Shown: positions 39,801-49,136 of the stretch, piece by piece
How the letters are laid out: every line of letters starts with the position of its first letter
How positions within the stretch are numbered: position 1 is the first letter of the stretch
Source: Phoronis australis
Taxonomy: Eukaryota; Animalia; Phoronida
DNA: 64,000 nucleotides
Direction: 5' to 3'
Assembly (NCBI GenBank): GCA_002633005.1
Contig: NMRA01000582.1
Location: 100,610 to 164,609, forward strand
Program-made: the position numbers and the translations under genes
Notes under the pieces: model-generated
What the model was told of the DNA's origin: nothing
Database searches by the model: none
What the model saw: only the letters and a program-made list of their open reading frames with translations

Positions 39801-42800
39801 ATCGTTACGCCAATCGTAAATCAACTATGCAACAGCTATGTCAGCGGAGGTAAGTACACACACAGGTGTAACTAATTATGGTGCACCTATCACCTATGTT
39901 AACAACACAATTGTCAAAGGATATCTTGTTAAAAATTTCAAGGATTAACATAAAACTGCACCTTACTCTGTTAGCTGATTATTAACGAAAGTAGAATTAG
40001 GACATTCACTCTCGTAAAATTGGTCTCTTAATATTACTCACCCTGATGGAATTGTATTTCCTTTGCCCACTCAAGCGTAATTCGATTTTCGTTTAAGCCT
40101 GCTAAACCGGGCAAAATGCAACCTTAATTGACTATTTCAGATCCCGATAACGACGGCAGAGAATTCCTGTTAGCTTTCGGCGAGAATTACAACTCCGAGG
40201 ATGAGCTAGAACTGTTTATCACAACATCCTCCGCCTCCTCGGTAAACGTGACAGTGTCTGTACCACGTGACAATAGTGTTCCTCAGCAAAAGGTATATTA
40301 CGCAATAAAGTTTGAACTGTTTACAAACTGGTAGAAATTGCATCCTGTCCGTAGGAAATTTAGCAACTACCCTATGACACAGCGCCACCTTTAATGAAAA
40401 GTGACCCTGTGGAAACATGATGAACGACATACGGAATTCTGTGTGTGGGCATCAATGCGCATGCCTTGGTCGGAAGTATACTGATCACTTGCACATGCAC
40501 GCCTCTATGTATTTTACTGGTTTAGGCTTAAGCCACTGACTCGATTCTGTTTACTTCGATCACTGTCCGCTTTAATTAAATGCAACTATTCAAGTCAAAG
40601 GCGATGGCACACTCGGTAAGTGTAAACTGAAAAATGGTTCCCAGATTTCAACCGATGGCAATGAGTGAATGTTATGACGTCGGTTTCATTACCTAGGCCA
40701 ATGAAAAGTCATGTTAAGCAGCATTCAATAGTGCTACCTTTGGAGGCACTGAACAGTTCTCACAGGGATTTGCCTATCAGAACACACGTCAATTGACTCT
40801 TCACCCATTCTTCACTCTTTTCAAAAACTGCATGCAAGTAAAGAAAAGTTTTGAGTCATTTCACATCACAAGCCCTACAGATGAGCACAGAAACTTTGTT
40901 CTCTCTTGTATTTTTGACCCTTTCACTCCCAGTGGAAACCAAGCTAGACTAAGGAAAATAAGACAAAAAATGCAAAATCGGCACTTTTCACCCCAAAACC
41001 ACCACTTCCCTGCCGATGCGCGACTAAAGTCAACATTAGATTCCGAAAGCAAATTTCCCACCGATTCCAAAATGTGGTCCAAAAGTACTGTCAACCAACT
41101 AGTTTTTTTGCAAATTTGGCTTGTTCTCAGTTGCTACACAGCAATGCACAACTGCAACAGGGGGCCACCATTTTGAAGAAGAGTGCAACTACAGCCAAGA
41201 AAGTGGCCTTTTTAATTTTCAGCATGTTCAAAAATACAAACAAACCAAATTCACTTGGCCTACATACAATACCTAACTAAAATTGCCCCCAAGCCTGGCC
41301 TACTCCTAGATTTTAATGTTTTGGCAGTGCAAATTGGCCGCGGCCGCATTCTAACTGTTCAGTGCCACCTTTCGTAGCAATGTGAAAGAGTGTAGTTAGT
41401 AACGTGAACGCAGTAAACGATAGCTACGTGACCATGGGAAATACTTTAATATGTAATTTACATAAGAGTTACTGGGTGAAAAATTTGATTACATTGGAGA
41501 AAATCAATTTTATTGAATACAAAACTGTAGGATTAGTGTATGATCTCAGAATTAATGTTACAACCACTCTGCCGTAGAGAGAAAATGCTACGGAAGTGAC
41601 GTAAGGTTAAATTTGCCCTATGTAACGTGCTGTCACACGTAACTTTTAGGTAACGATAACTTCTGGTATGACCCGAAAAGTTGTTCTTCCTAAAAGATTG
41701 AGAAGCACTGGTGCTGGAACTGCTTATGGTCCCCAGGACAATGTCATCTTGGTGACAGCGTCAAATGACGTCATGGTATACGGAGCTAATAGAGGCAGCC
41801 ACATGCGAGACGCATTCATGGCCATTCCAACAGACGTTCTGGGCAATGATTACTTTGTGCCTTCCTGGCCAAAAACAACGTTGCCTGAGAGTTCGCAAAT
41901 GAGTGAGTAACTTTATACTTCTACTCCGTGCGTGTGAATTTCAGCTAAAAGATGTTAATCTTAAAAGATTGTAAAGATAAAAAGACGAATGTAGAGAGTA
42001 CAGGTTTATTCAGTGCCCTCTTCGTCAACCTTGTGATCTAAATGTTACAAAAGAAGAAAAAACAAAGATAATAATATAAAAATATTCCAAGTAACACCTT
42101 CTAAACCGTGTCATGCTAATAGGTGTTTTACGCATGCCATGGCAATACATAAGTATGAGTTTTCTATATGTAAATAAACAGTAGCTAACGAATAAGTCAA
42201 ACACGGTACCCAATATCATCATCGTTCTCCGACATTCAGCTTCACTGTACTGTGGTATTTTGTTCGAACCCGTTGTGTATCGTCGTAGTCACTGCTACAA
42301 TATTCAAAATTATATTTTTTAGCTGTGGTTGGCGTTCAAGATGACACGAAAGTGACAATAACCCTCCCGTCAATGGCTACAGAAATGGTTTCGGAAGTAG
42401 CCATAGGAAATGCAACGATCTATAATTACACCACATATCCTCCATTCAGTAAAATCTCCATCACACTGAACAGAGCCCAGTCGTATCAGGTAACAAAATG
42501 TCTTATGTGTTCACTGGACACAATCAGTTTACAGCCGTAAATACGCATTTTGTGGGTTGTTTTCAGGTAGAATTGGCTTTTTAAATCCCTTGCTTTCACC
42601 AGAGCCACGAGAAACCAAAATCTATTGCCTGCACTCAAAACTAACTGAAATCGAGGCCGTGACATCTTCATCTGTTTCGTTACAAGGCCCATGCTGGCAG
42701 AGGGTAATTTGGATTAAAGCCTGTATGAAATACCCAATGGTTAATTTCCTATTGGAGCAAAAGAGGCGAAGAGTCGAAGCACATTTGAATTCAGATTTTT

Positions 42801-45800
42801 TGTTGGACAACCCCAATAAATTCTGTAGCGTTTTTCGAGAAGCTGACTCTCTTGATAGTTTTCTTACAACCGGAAATCTTATCAAGGGATTGATTCGATT
42901 TCCAATTTTTAGCCAGTGAAACAGTTCGAAATGTAACCTTAAAAGGGTGCGAAAGTTGTTTTGATGTTTTCAACAAGTCCCCGTTGTTTCTCCTGCTGAT
43001 GCACCACTGGCGTCTCATCAAAGTAATAAAATATTCAATTACAAAACGTACTCACTGTGGCAAAGAATGGGTATTGGTTCTTGGTGGATGGTCTTTCCCC
43101 ATAGCTGTGTAACCTGCCAAAAGCGTAGTTCAGGATTGTTTCACAGACTTTGAACGGTCTTTTCAAAACTTGCTCCAAACTTTTGGGATTGGCGAGGTTG
43201 AGAAGAGCATTCATTTCGTTTAAGGCAGCTAAACGGGGAAGTATACGTGTTATTAGGCCAAACCGGACTAAGCATAATTTTAAACATCTGGTAGTGATTT
43301 ACTGCGAAAACAATAAATTACTCAAGTATCTACTTAAAAGTTGTGCTGGAGACTGTCTATTGTTTTCATTCAAGTTGCGTAATTAGTGAATATCAGTTTT
43401 AATGCCATACTACATAACATTTCGCTATACCATTCAGATTCAATCCAGCCAGGACTTGACGGCAACACGGATCCAGTCTGACCACCCAGTAGCGGTGATG
43501 GCTGGAAGCAAGTTGACTACGGTTGACGGCAACACAACTTCCGGTCATTTAGAAGAAATGATCCCTCCATCGTCATCATGGGGCAAGACGTTCGTCACAG
43601 TTCCGTTTGCGGGCAGAGTTCGGGGCGATGTTTTCAGAATTATAGGTAGACTTAGTGCATCAAACTTAAACAACTTTTTGGCAGGATACTGTATAAAGAG
43701 CACAACGCACAGGTGGAAAAGCATATGAATAGAAAATCCAAGTTTTGGAACATTTTTCGTAGAAAAGACAATAAAGGCTCTGTTTAAAACTAACATAATT
43801 CTTAAAACTAAGCTCTGTTTATGGAGAGTTAATGGACGATTGTGGGTTATTTATCCAACTGTGTGTGCTCTGGTTTACAGCCTCACTCGATGAAACTGTG
43901 ATCTCTCTGACACCGACGTCTACTCAAATCACAGCTCGGGCGACTATTAACGCTGGCTACTTCCACGAACTAGACGCGTCGTCGGATGAATATTACTTTA
44001 TTTCGACCAACAAGCCAGTCCTTGTCGTGCAGTATTCGAAGTCAGGTAAACTGTCGAATTCAATGGTATTTAGTAGACTGCGATCTCTACGCGTTTCACA
44101 ATTACCAATACGGCTGTAACTGGTCATGGTGATGCGATCATTCATACTATCTTTGTCGCTCAGAGTACTGTTTCCATCAGATTGTTATGAAACGAAACTA
44201 ACTCACATGTTTGGTGTTGTTCTCCCAATTTTACTAAATGCCTCGATGTGTGCCATATCTCCTGATTACGTATTCCACTTTTCAAAATATTGATATGGTA
44301 GTCAACAAAGTGTACCGTTATAGATTGGGAATACTATAATGCACCAATTTAGACTTGCTATTCTTTTATTCAGGAGTAGAATAGAATAGAATGAAAGAAC
44401 ACTTCTTCAGTAAAACTAAACTGAGTCAAGAAGTAAAAAGGACGATTTTTGTATTTCCTGATGTGTGTCTGTGAAAGAAGGTGTCGCTCTTAGTAGCACT
44501 GGGAAGTAAATAATTGTGCATTTCCTATCTCGTTATTCTATTCTTCCTATCTCGAACTTCATCTGTATTTGATGAAGTGTTACTCTTTAAATATGCAAGG
44601 AATATTTTGAAGTGTATTATTTTCTAAATTACTTCCAGCTGACCTCCACGACAACACAACAGAACCATTCATGAGCATTGTAGTTCCACTGAAACAGTAC
44701 AAGAAAGGCTACAGTTTCGCAACTCCATCTTCAAAAACGTCTTCCGGTAAAAAATATGTCTCTATTGTCTGCAAAACTCACGAATGCGATCATTTGTACC
44801 TTGATGGAAAACCAATATCTACTGCAAATTTAGCTACTAACTGGACCTCAATTCCAGGGTCATCCACTGGATTATCAGTTGTAACGTTAGAAATCCACAG
44901 TGGTCCGCATACTTTACTTCATCCAAGCTTAACAGCAAGATTCGGTGTTCAAGCCTATGGGGAGACGTATGGCTACCCAGTCGGCTCAGGAATTGCTCCA
45001 TTGTTGGTAACCACAACGACTCACGAACAGACAACCACCGCTGCTATGACATCAACTACTGCTTTGGCAACTACTACCGCTGTCCAGGAGGCAACTACAA
45101 CTGTTTTCTTTGACACAGTTTTGGTAGCGATCGCGAACGAGATAAGTAAACAGATAGGGATCAATAATATGGGTGGAGGACCAGATGACAACGACAACAA
45201 CGGGGGAGATGTTCCACCGGAAGTTATTGCCGGCTCGACTGTTCCGACTATTATTTTGATTGTTGGAATTCTTGGGACGTGTGCATTTTTCTTGGCCTTC
45301 AAAAAAAGAAAGCGAAGACGCGATGAAGAGGAAGAAGATTCCGACGCAGAAGAAGACCCGAAGAAAGACAAAAGTGGAAACTGGATACCAAAGGAGAGAG
45401 AGAAGCCTAAAAAAAGAAGCCTCATGGACTACTTCCGCTCGAGTTCGCCAGTGGTTCCATGGTCTTCAGGAGGTAGTAAGGCAGACGACGACGACGATTT
45501 CTTCTTTATGCCACGGTCGAACACATCCAGTCCGGATACCATGATGTCTGACTTCTCTTCATCTGAATCCCCTACACCATCAGCAGTCTCTACCCCCACA
45601 GGGCCCGTGACAGGGTTGCCAATCAACAGAAGCAACACATCATCTACTGGCCGCGCCATGCAACAGCCTTCCCGCCGTTCATCTCCCAGACCCACCATGC
45701 CATCGAAGGTGTCTATGAATCCTAAGGGGAGTCTTGCAGAAAATTTGTCATCAAACAAGGAAAAGGCTACACGTCGAACAAGTTCCCGATCTCGATCCTC

Positions 45801-46476
45801 CAGTGGAAACCAGTCACCTGACGGTTTCTTTACTCCACGAATGGATAGAAGCGTCACGCCATTGTCAGTTTCTGACCTTTTCGATGACAATATTTCCATA
45901 ATGTCAAACTCCTCTGTTGATTTAAATGAAACTATAAAATCTAAATCTTTTTCGGCATCGCAAGGCAGCCAGGCAGGTGGCGGAAACTCATTCTGGGGGG
46001 CTCGTGGCAGACCTTCCAACTCCACGGATTCTCCACATCCACTGACGCCTGTTGGCACACCAGGTGACGGAAATGCACCACAGGCTACTCGATCACGCCG
46101 CCCACTGCAACGGTCATCGTCCAGTACTTCTTCTCAACAAGCGGAGGACCACACGCCATCTAGGATTCCGCGCAAAAATCCTAAGGCTCAAGTGACGAAT
46201 GCGCCACCCACTGATGCAGTTCCTGCCTGGTCTGACACAAGGAAACTGGACGACTTTTACAAATCTCGCAAAACCTCGCTATCTTTGATGAGTAATCGTA
46301 CGGATAAGGCGAAAGCGATAAACCTCACTCGAAAACATAAACCTCAGCAGTCGACCATTGATGATTCAGATGAGATTCCAGAAATCGCTATATCAATGAA
46401 CCCAAGAGGATCATCACCCGCCTCGAACAAGAATGAAGACCGGCCTCCTACGCCACGCTCAGGATGGCTTGTATAA
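18791..46476 (+). CDS. Giant type-I membrane protein: signal peptide, 10 VWA, mucin linker, IgGFc-binding (FCGBP-like) domain, TM, long disordered tail
   Basis: 24 visible exons: 18791-18845, 19494-19823, 24407-24640, 25594-25923, (gap)26581-27321, 27631-28254, 29032-29235, 30710-31093, 32174-32398, 32597-32965, 33315-33539, 33739-34107, 34463-34687, 34886-35254, 35596-35820, 37643-38011, 38632-39189, 39610-39849, 40141-40292, 41650-41902, 42323-42489, 43438-43645, 43881-44045, 44639-46476. All have GT/AG and consistent phase; visible CDS ~8.86 kb. Confidence 0.88.
19494..19823 (+). CDS. VWA1 N-half exon
   Basis: ASCGTDGVLLLDTSQTVSTNDF...WVVILLSA G|gtgag. Confidence 0.88.
20720..20990. repeat. 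(AAT)n/(AAC)n/(ATT)n low-complexity microsatellite region
   Basis: Direct reading. Confidence 0.75.
21150..23095 (-). mobile_element. Degenerate L1/Tx1-clade LINE (RT and C-terminal region)
   Basis: RGCRLGDP.LSP, SQYSDDT, SGLQVNVDKTKAIW, FVWQGRNDKIKRTTACLGLDRGGLQMIN, CFFC...ETLSHLF; many stops and frameshifts. Confidence 0.85.
23110..24230 (+). mobile_element. Degenerate non-LTR retrotransposon 3' end
   Basis: YKYLG, LFDSVISPIHFYGAELW, RCSTHQLNIELDR; ends in AATAAA plus short repeat tail. Confidence 0.75.
24407..24640 (+). CDS. VWA1 C-half exon
   Basis: ttccag|..LSKGGQNTESAARNLESKGATIYVVIP...VATDPDSKHLMEVNSYADL...G|gtattt; absent from the ORF track. Confidence 0.85.
25594..25923 (+). CDS. 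VWA2 N-half exon
   Basis: SCQATDGILLLDTSDAVTSNDF...WIVILISA G|gtaag. Confidence 0.88.
26581..26830 (+). repeat. 18/21-bp coding minisatellite (CCAACCACGACTACA-CCG / -CAGGCG)
   Basis: Perfect 18-bp units next to the gap decaying into 21-bp units; likely cause of the assembly gap. Confidence 0.85.
26581..27321 (+). CDS. Mucin-like PTTTT(P/QA) linker plus VWA3 N-half (5' part in gap)
   Basis: Open frame PTTTTP PTTTTP PTTTTQA... into IDVILAVDTSKAVS...LILISP G|gtgag. Confidence 0.88.
27631..28254 (+). CDS. VWA3 C-half plus VWA4 N-half exon
   Basis: tttcag acceptor; ...DVVVIVDTSNAVMDSD...AIVFST G|gtaaag. Confidence 0.88.
29032..29235 (+). CDS. VWA4 C-half exon
   Basis: tttacag|GA GCT...AASNLQSVGVSVYAVVPS...GQ G|gtgat. 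Confidence 0.8.
30710..31093 (+). CDS. VWA5 N-half exon
   Basis: ttacag acceptor; SDVIIVADTSNAVTASDFQELQRSL...IIVFSA A|gtaag. Confidence 0.85.
31278..31709. mobile_element. MITE with CAGGG...CCCTG termini
   Basis: CAGGGACCGCGATCTAATCTTTTTACTCGAGATCGAACTCG versus CGAATTCGATTTCGAGTGAAGATAAGATCGC...TCCCTG (imperfect ~40-bp TIR). Confidence 0.7.
31713..31863 (+). pseudogene. Truncated, frameshifted VWA N-half pseudo-exon
   Basis: KRSILSAIDDMAQMGGNANVHK /frameshift/ LATADNQLKQNGRRNAKWSIIIFTV G|gtaac; 5' part and acceptor replaced by the MITE. Confidence 0.8.
32174..32398 (+). CDS. VWA C-half exon, array copy 1
   Basis: LGQDNQNAISKASSLEADGVTIYAVVPTSVASDVAAITTDPDTENIF...DGVSE G|gtata. Confidence 0.88.
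32597..32965 (+). CDS. VWA6 N-half exon
   Basis: taacag acceptor; IDVIIITDTSNAVTASDFQELQRSLKEL...IIIFAT G|gtaag. Confidence 0.88.
33315..33539 (+). CDS. VWA C-half exon, array copy 2
   Basis: Near-identical to 32174-32398; 225 nt. Confidence 0.88.
33739..34107 (+). CDS. VWA7 N-half exon
   Basis: Near-identical to 32597-32965; 369 nt. Confidence 0.88.
34463..34687 (+). CDS. VWA C-half exon, array copy 3
   Basis: tttacag acceptor; 225 nt. Confidence 0.88.
34886..35254 (+). CDS. VWA8 N-half exon
   Basis: 369 nt; taacag / gtaag. Confidence 0.88.
35596..35820 (+). CDS. VWA C-half exon, array copy 4
   Basis: 225 nt; acceptor is ttgaag instead of the ttgcag/ttacag of other copies. Confidence 0.8.
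36196..37591. mobile_element. Non-autonomous DNA transposon (CAGGG termini, hAT-like) with many TACTC/GAGTA subterminal repeats
   Basis: 34-bp TIR CAGGGCCCGGTCTCCAATCTCCGTACTCAGACTC / GAGTCTGAGTACGGAGATTGGAGACCGGGCCCAG (1 mismatch); no clear TSD. Confidence 0.85.
37643..38011 (+). CDS. VWA9 N-half exon
   Basis: TDAVLILDTSEGVSTNDVKNVKRF...KVVILISA G|gtgag. Confidence 0.88.
38070..38385. mobile_element. MITE
   Basis: GTTGCATAAAATAGTCCCAAATA versus TACTTGGGACTATTTTGTATAAC inverted ends. Confidence 0.65.
38632..39189 (+). CDS. VWA9 C-half plus VWA10 N-half exon
   Basis: ...ATDPDTETLIST...PCFPSDLVMILDSSNALTKAKF...KVVVLVTS G|gtcag. Confidence 0.88.
39610..39849 (+). CDS. VWA10 C-half exon
   Basis: DAFVDNAAKTAARNLEKTGVTLFVVV...STDPDSETFFQ...QLCNSYVSG G|gtaag. 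Confidence 0.88.
40141..40292 (+). CDS. IgGFc-binding domain exon 1
   Basis: DPDNDGREFLLAFGENY, matching the FCGBP N-terminal GREF..AF..NY motif. Confidence 0.85.
40742..41369. mobile_element. MITE
   Basis: GGAGGCACTGAACAGTT ... AACTGTTCAGTGCCACC, flanked by TTT on both sides. Confidence 0.7.
41650..41902 (+). CDS. IgGFc-binding domain exon 2
   Basis: VILVTASNDVMVYGAN...DAFMAIPTDVLGNDYFVPSW. Confidence 0.88.
42323..42489 (+). CDS. IgGFc-binding domain exon 3
   Basis: VVGVQDDTKVTITLP...ITLNRAQSYQ|gtaac. Confidence 0.85.
43438..43645 (+). CDS. IgGFc-binding domain exon 4
   Basis: IQSSQDLTATRIQSDHPVAVMAG...HLEEMIPPSSSWGKTFVTVP. Confidence 0.88.
43881..44045 (+). CDS. IgGFc-binding domain exon 5
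   Basis: ASLDETVI...YFISTNKPVLVVQYSKS G|gtaaa. Confidence 0.85.
44639..46476 (+). CDS. Terminal exon: end of IgGFc-binding domain, Thr-rich stalk, TM helix, cytoplasmic tail
   Basis: EPFMSIVVPLKQY...YGETYGYPVG; TM VIAGSTVPTIILIVGILGTCAFFLAF followed by KKRKRRR; ends RSGWLV*; AATAAA ~46546. Confidence 0.92.
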
Positions 46477-46879
46477 ATTGCGGCCTCCAGTTTATAAAAC
46501 ATCTTACCTGTAGAGACAAAACCATGTTATTTTATGTTGTGTTAAAATAAAGAAATACTCGTGCCCAGACACATAAACACGGCTCGCTGACCGCCGAGCC
46601 CGGTATACGGGAATGCAATATGAGTAAGCCGTGATTTTGAGTCCGTGCGCCATGTTTGTCAACCTGTTAGTCGTGCTGGCGCTCGGTGACCCGTCTTTGT
46701 GAGTCGGTGAATATAGATTGCGTGGCCCATGAGCTGTGCTTATAAAAGAACGAACTATGCTTTTGATTGGTGCAGCCGTGTTGGTCTGCAGCGTGGTTGC
46801 AAGCCATATTTGTATAATAAATCAGTTTACAAAGCCTTTAAACACTTGCATGCAATGTGTTTCATAGTAGGATTAAGTC

Positions 46880-47218
46880 TAAATAATAATAATAACAATT
46901 ATTTTCATGCGTAAATTACCCTTGTAAGGAATTAAAGGGTTACCGTTTTTAACAGCTATTTACATGCATTTGTGAACGAGTCTTTGGGGGGTGACTGACT
47001 TCTATCACTTTCTCTTTTTTACACTTCACACTAGAAGTCGAGTATTCCGAAGTGGTTCTCATTCATTCCCTTGCATACTTTCATTCACTCACTAATAAGA
47101 CCTAGCTCAGAGAAGTAGGAGACACTTTTATGCAATGTGCACTTTTATGCCAGTAAAGAATTCGAACCCGGGTCTCCCAAACGGGAGTCCGGAGCTCAAA
47201 CCACTGAGCTACACTGGC
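46880..47218 (-). mobile_element. tRNA-derived SINE (tRNA-like head 47149-47218)
   Basis: Minus strand GCCAGTGTAGCTCAGTGGT (A box)...GGTTCGAAT (B box)...TACTGGC; broken T-stem; ~270-bp body ending in a (TTA)n tail. Confidence 0.7.
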
Positions 47219-47929
47219 TCCTCCACTTCGGTACTGCGGATCTTGTATGGAGGATCAAGGGTTCTTAAACCGATGAGTACATTTTAACGCGTTAAAATGG
47301 GCTTATTCAACCAGCGGATTACTCAATAATCGGAAATGGTCATTGAACGAAGAATAAGAATGTAGTGGAACGCGTANNNNNNNNNNNNNNNNNNNNNNNN
47401 NNNNNNNNNNNNNNNNNNNNNNNNNNNNNNNNNNNNNNNNNNNNNNNNNNNNNNNNNNNNNNNNNNNNNNNNNNNNNNNNNNNNNNCCCGCCTCGAACAA
47501 GAATGAAGACCGGCCTCCTACGCCACGCTCAGGATGGCTTGTATAAATTGCGGCCTCCAGTTTATAAAACATCTTACCTGTAGAGACAAAACCATGTTAT
47601 TTTATGTTGTGTTAAAATAAAGAAATACTCGTGCCCAGACACATAAATACGGCTCGCTGACCGCCGAGCCCGGTATACGGGAATGCAATAAGAGTAAGCC
47701 GTGATTTTGAGTCCGTGCGCCATGTTTGTCAACCTGTGTGACCCGTCTTTGTGAGTCGGTGAATATAGATTGCGTGGCCCATGAGCTGTGCTTATAAAAG
47801 AACGAACTATGCTTTTGATTGGTGCAGCCGTGTTGGTCTGCAGCGTGGTTGCAAGCCATATTTGTATAATAAATCAGTTAACAAAGCCTTTAAACACTTG
47901 CATGCCCGTGTTTCATAGTAGGATTAAGT

Positions 47930-48269
47930 CTAAATAATAATAATAACAATTATTTTCATGCGTAAATTACCCTTGTAAGGAATTAAAGGGTTACCGTTTT
48001 TAACAGCTATTTACATGCATTTGTGAACGAGTCATTGGGGGGTGACTGACTTCTATCACTTTCTCTTTTTTACACTTCACACTAGAAGTCGAGTATTCCG
48101 AAGTGGTTCTCATTCATTCCGTTGCATACATTCATTCACTCACTAATAAGACCGAGCTCAGAGGAGTAGGAGACACTTTTAAGCAATGTGCACTTTTATG
48201 CCAGTAAAGAATTCGAACCCGGGTCTCCCAAACGGGAGTCCGGAGCTCAAACCACTGAGCTACACTGGC
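47930..48269 (-). mobile_element. Second copy of the tRNA-derived SINE (within duplicated segment)
   Basis: Head 48200-48269 identical to first copy. Confidence 0.65.
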
Positions 48270-48880
48270 TCCTCCACTTCGGTACTGCGGATCTTGTATG
48301 GAGGATCAAGGGTTCTTAAACCGATGAGTACCTTTTAACGCGTTAAAATGGGCTTATTCAACCAGCGGATTACTCAATAATCGGAAATGGTCATTGAACG
48401 AAGAATAAGAATGTAGTGGAACGCGTATTTTAAATCACTTTGCGAAGCACGAGTGAGTTTCAAACTATTCTATACATCAATATTCTATCAATTTTAAATG
48501 TTACTCAGGGGCGACATTCATTCAACGAATTCGGAAACAGCACTAACAATAGGAGGCCACTGATGTTTTTAATTCCTTCCAATTCGAACAAATAGCGTGA
48601 GGCATAATTTGCCTAAAAGCTTCCAGCGTATGGAAGGCCTACCGGATGACCACCGTCTCTACCGCTGCCAATTGAGACGGTGGTACTGTCTACCATTATC
48701 CAATACTCGGGTCAAACAGAGTTCATTTATTGACTACCTTCATATCATCATTTCTAGCTCAGATCATGGCGAAAAAGGTTAAGAAGCAAGGATGCGCTCC
48801 ATTACAACGCGCATGCATTTTATATATCGCTTTCACACGTCACGTGCCTGAGGCGTTCGTTTACCAAAAGTTAGGTACAA

Positions 48881-49136
48881 ATGCTTTTGTTTACCATACT
48901 GTTGGCATTTGCCATTGTGAGTTGTGACGTCCAAACGCCATCAGATCAGGTGGGCTGGGCCCAGTGGCAAATTCAGGGCGATTGCAGCGTCACCTGTGGT
49001 TATGGAAGACAAAGAGCCGTGCGTGACTGCTCTAATCCTCCAACTGTTGAAGCTAGCAATGACTGTAAAAAAGACAGCTGGACATACAAGATTTGCAAAG
49101 TAAATAGATCGTGCGTTTGGATTGATTATCAAAAAC
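48881..49136 (+). CDS. TSP1 protein exon 1 (signal peptide + TSR)
   Basis: MLLFTILLAFAIVSC; WAQW...CSVTCGYGRQRAVRDCSNP...C...C...C. Confidence 0.88.

Larger units (their letters stand above)
46417..48427 (+). repeat. ~950-bp direct duplication flanking the 110-N gap (46417-47376 / 47487-48427)
   Basis: Near-identical copies with a few SNPs and a ~20-bp indel, each ending exactly at the gap. Confidence 0.9.

Noticed and set aside
45021-46058. Antisense ORFs (134 and 209 aa)
   Set aside because: Shadows of the low-complexity plus-strand terminal exon.
47149-47218. Functional tRNA (CCC anticodon, Gly-like)
   Set aside because: T-stem and anticodon stem are broken, and the sequence continues into a SINE-like body with a (TTA)n tail.
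46417-48427. Tandem duplication of the receptor's last codons and 3' UTR
   Set aside because: Both copies end exactly at a 110-N gap and differ by only a few SNPs and one small indel, typical of uncollapsed haplotype overlap; read depth would settle it.
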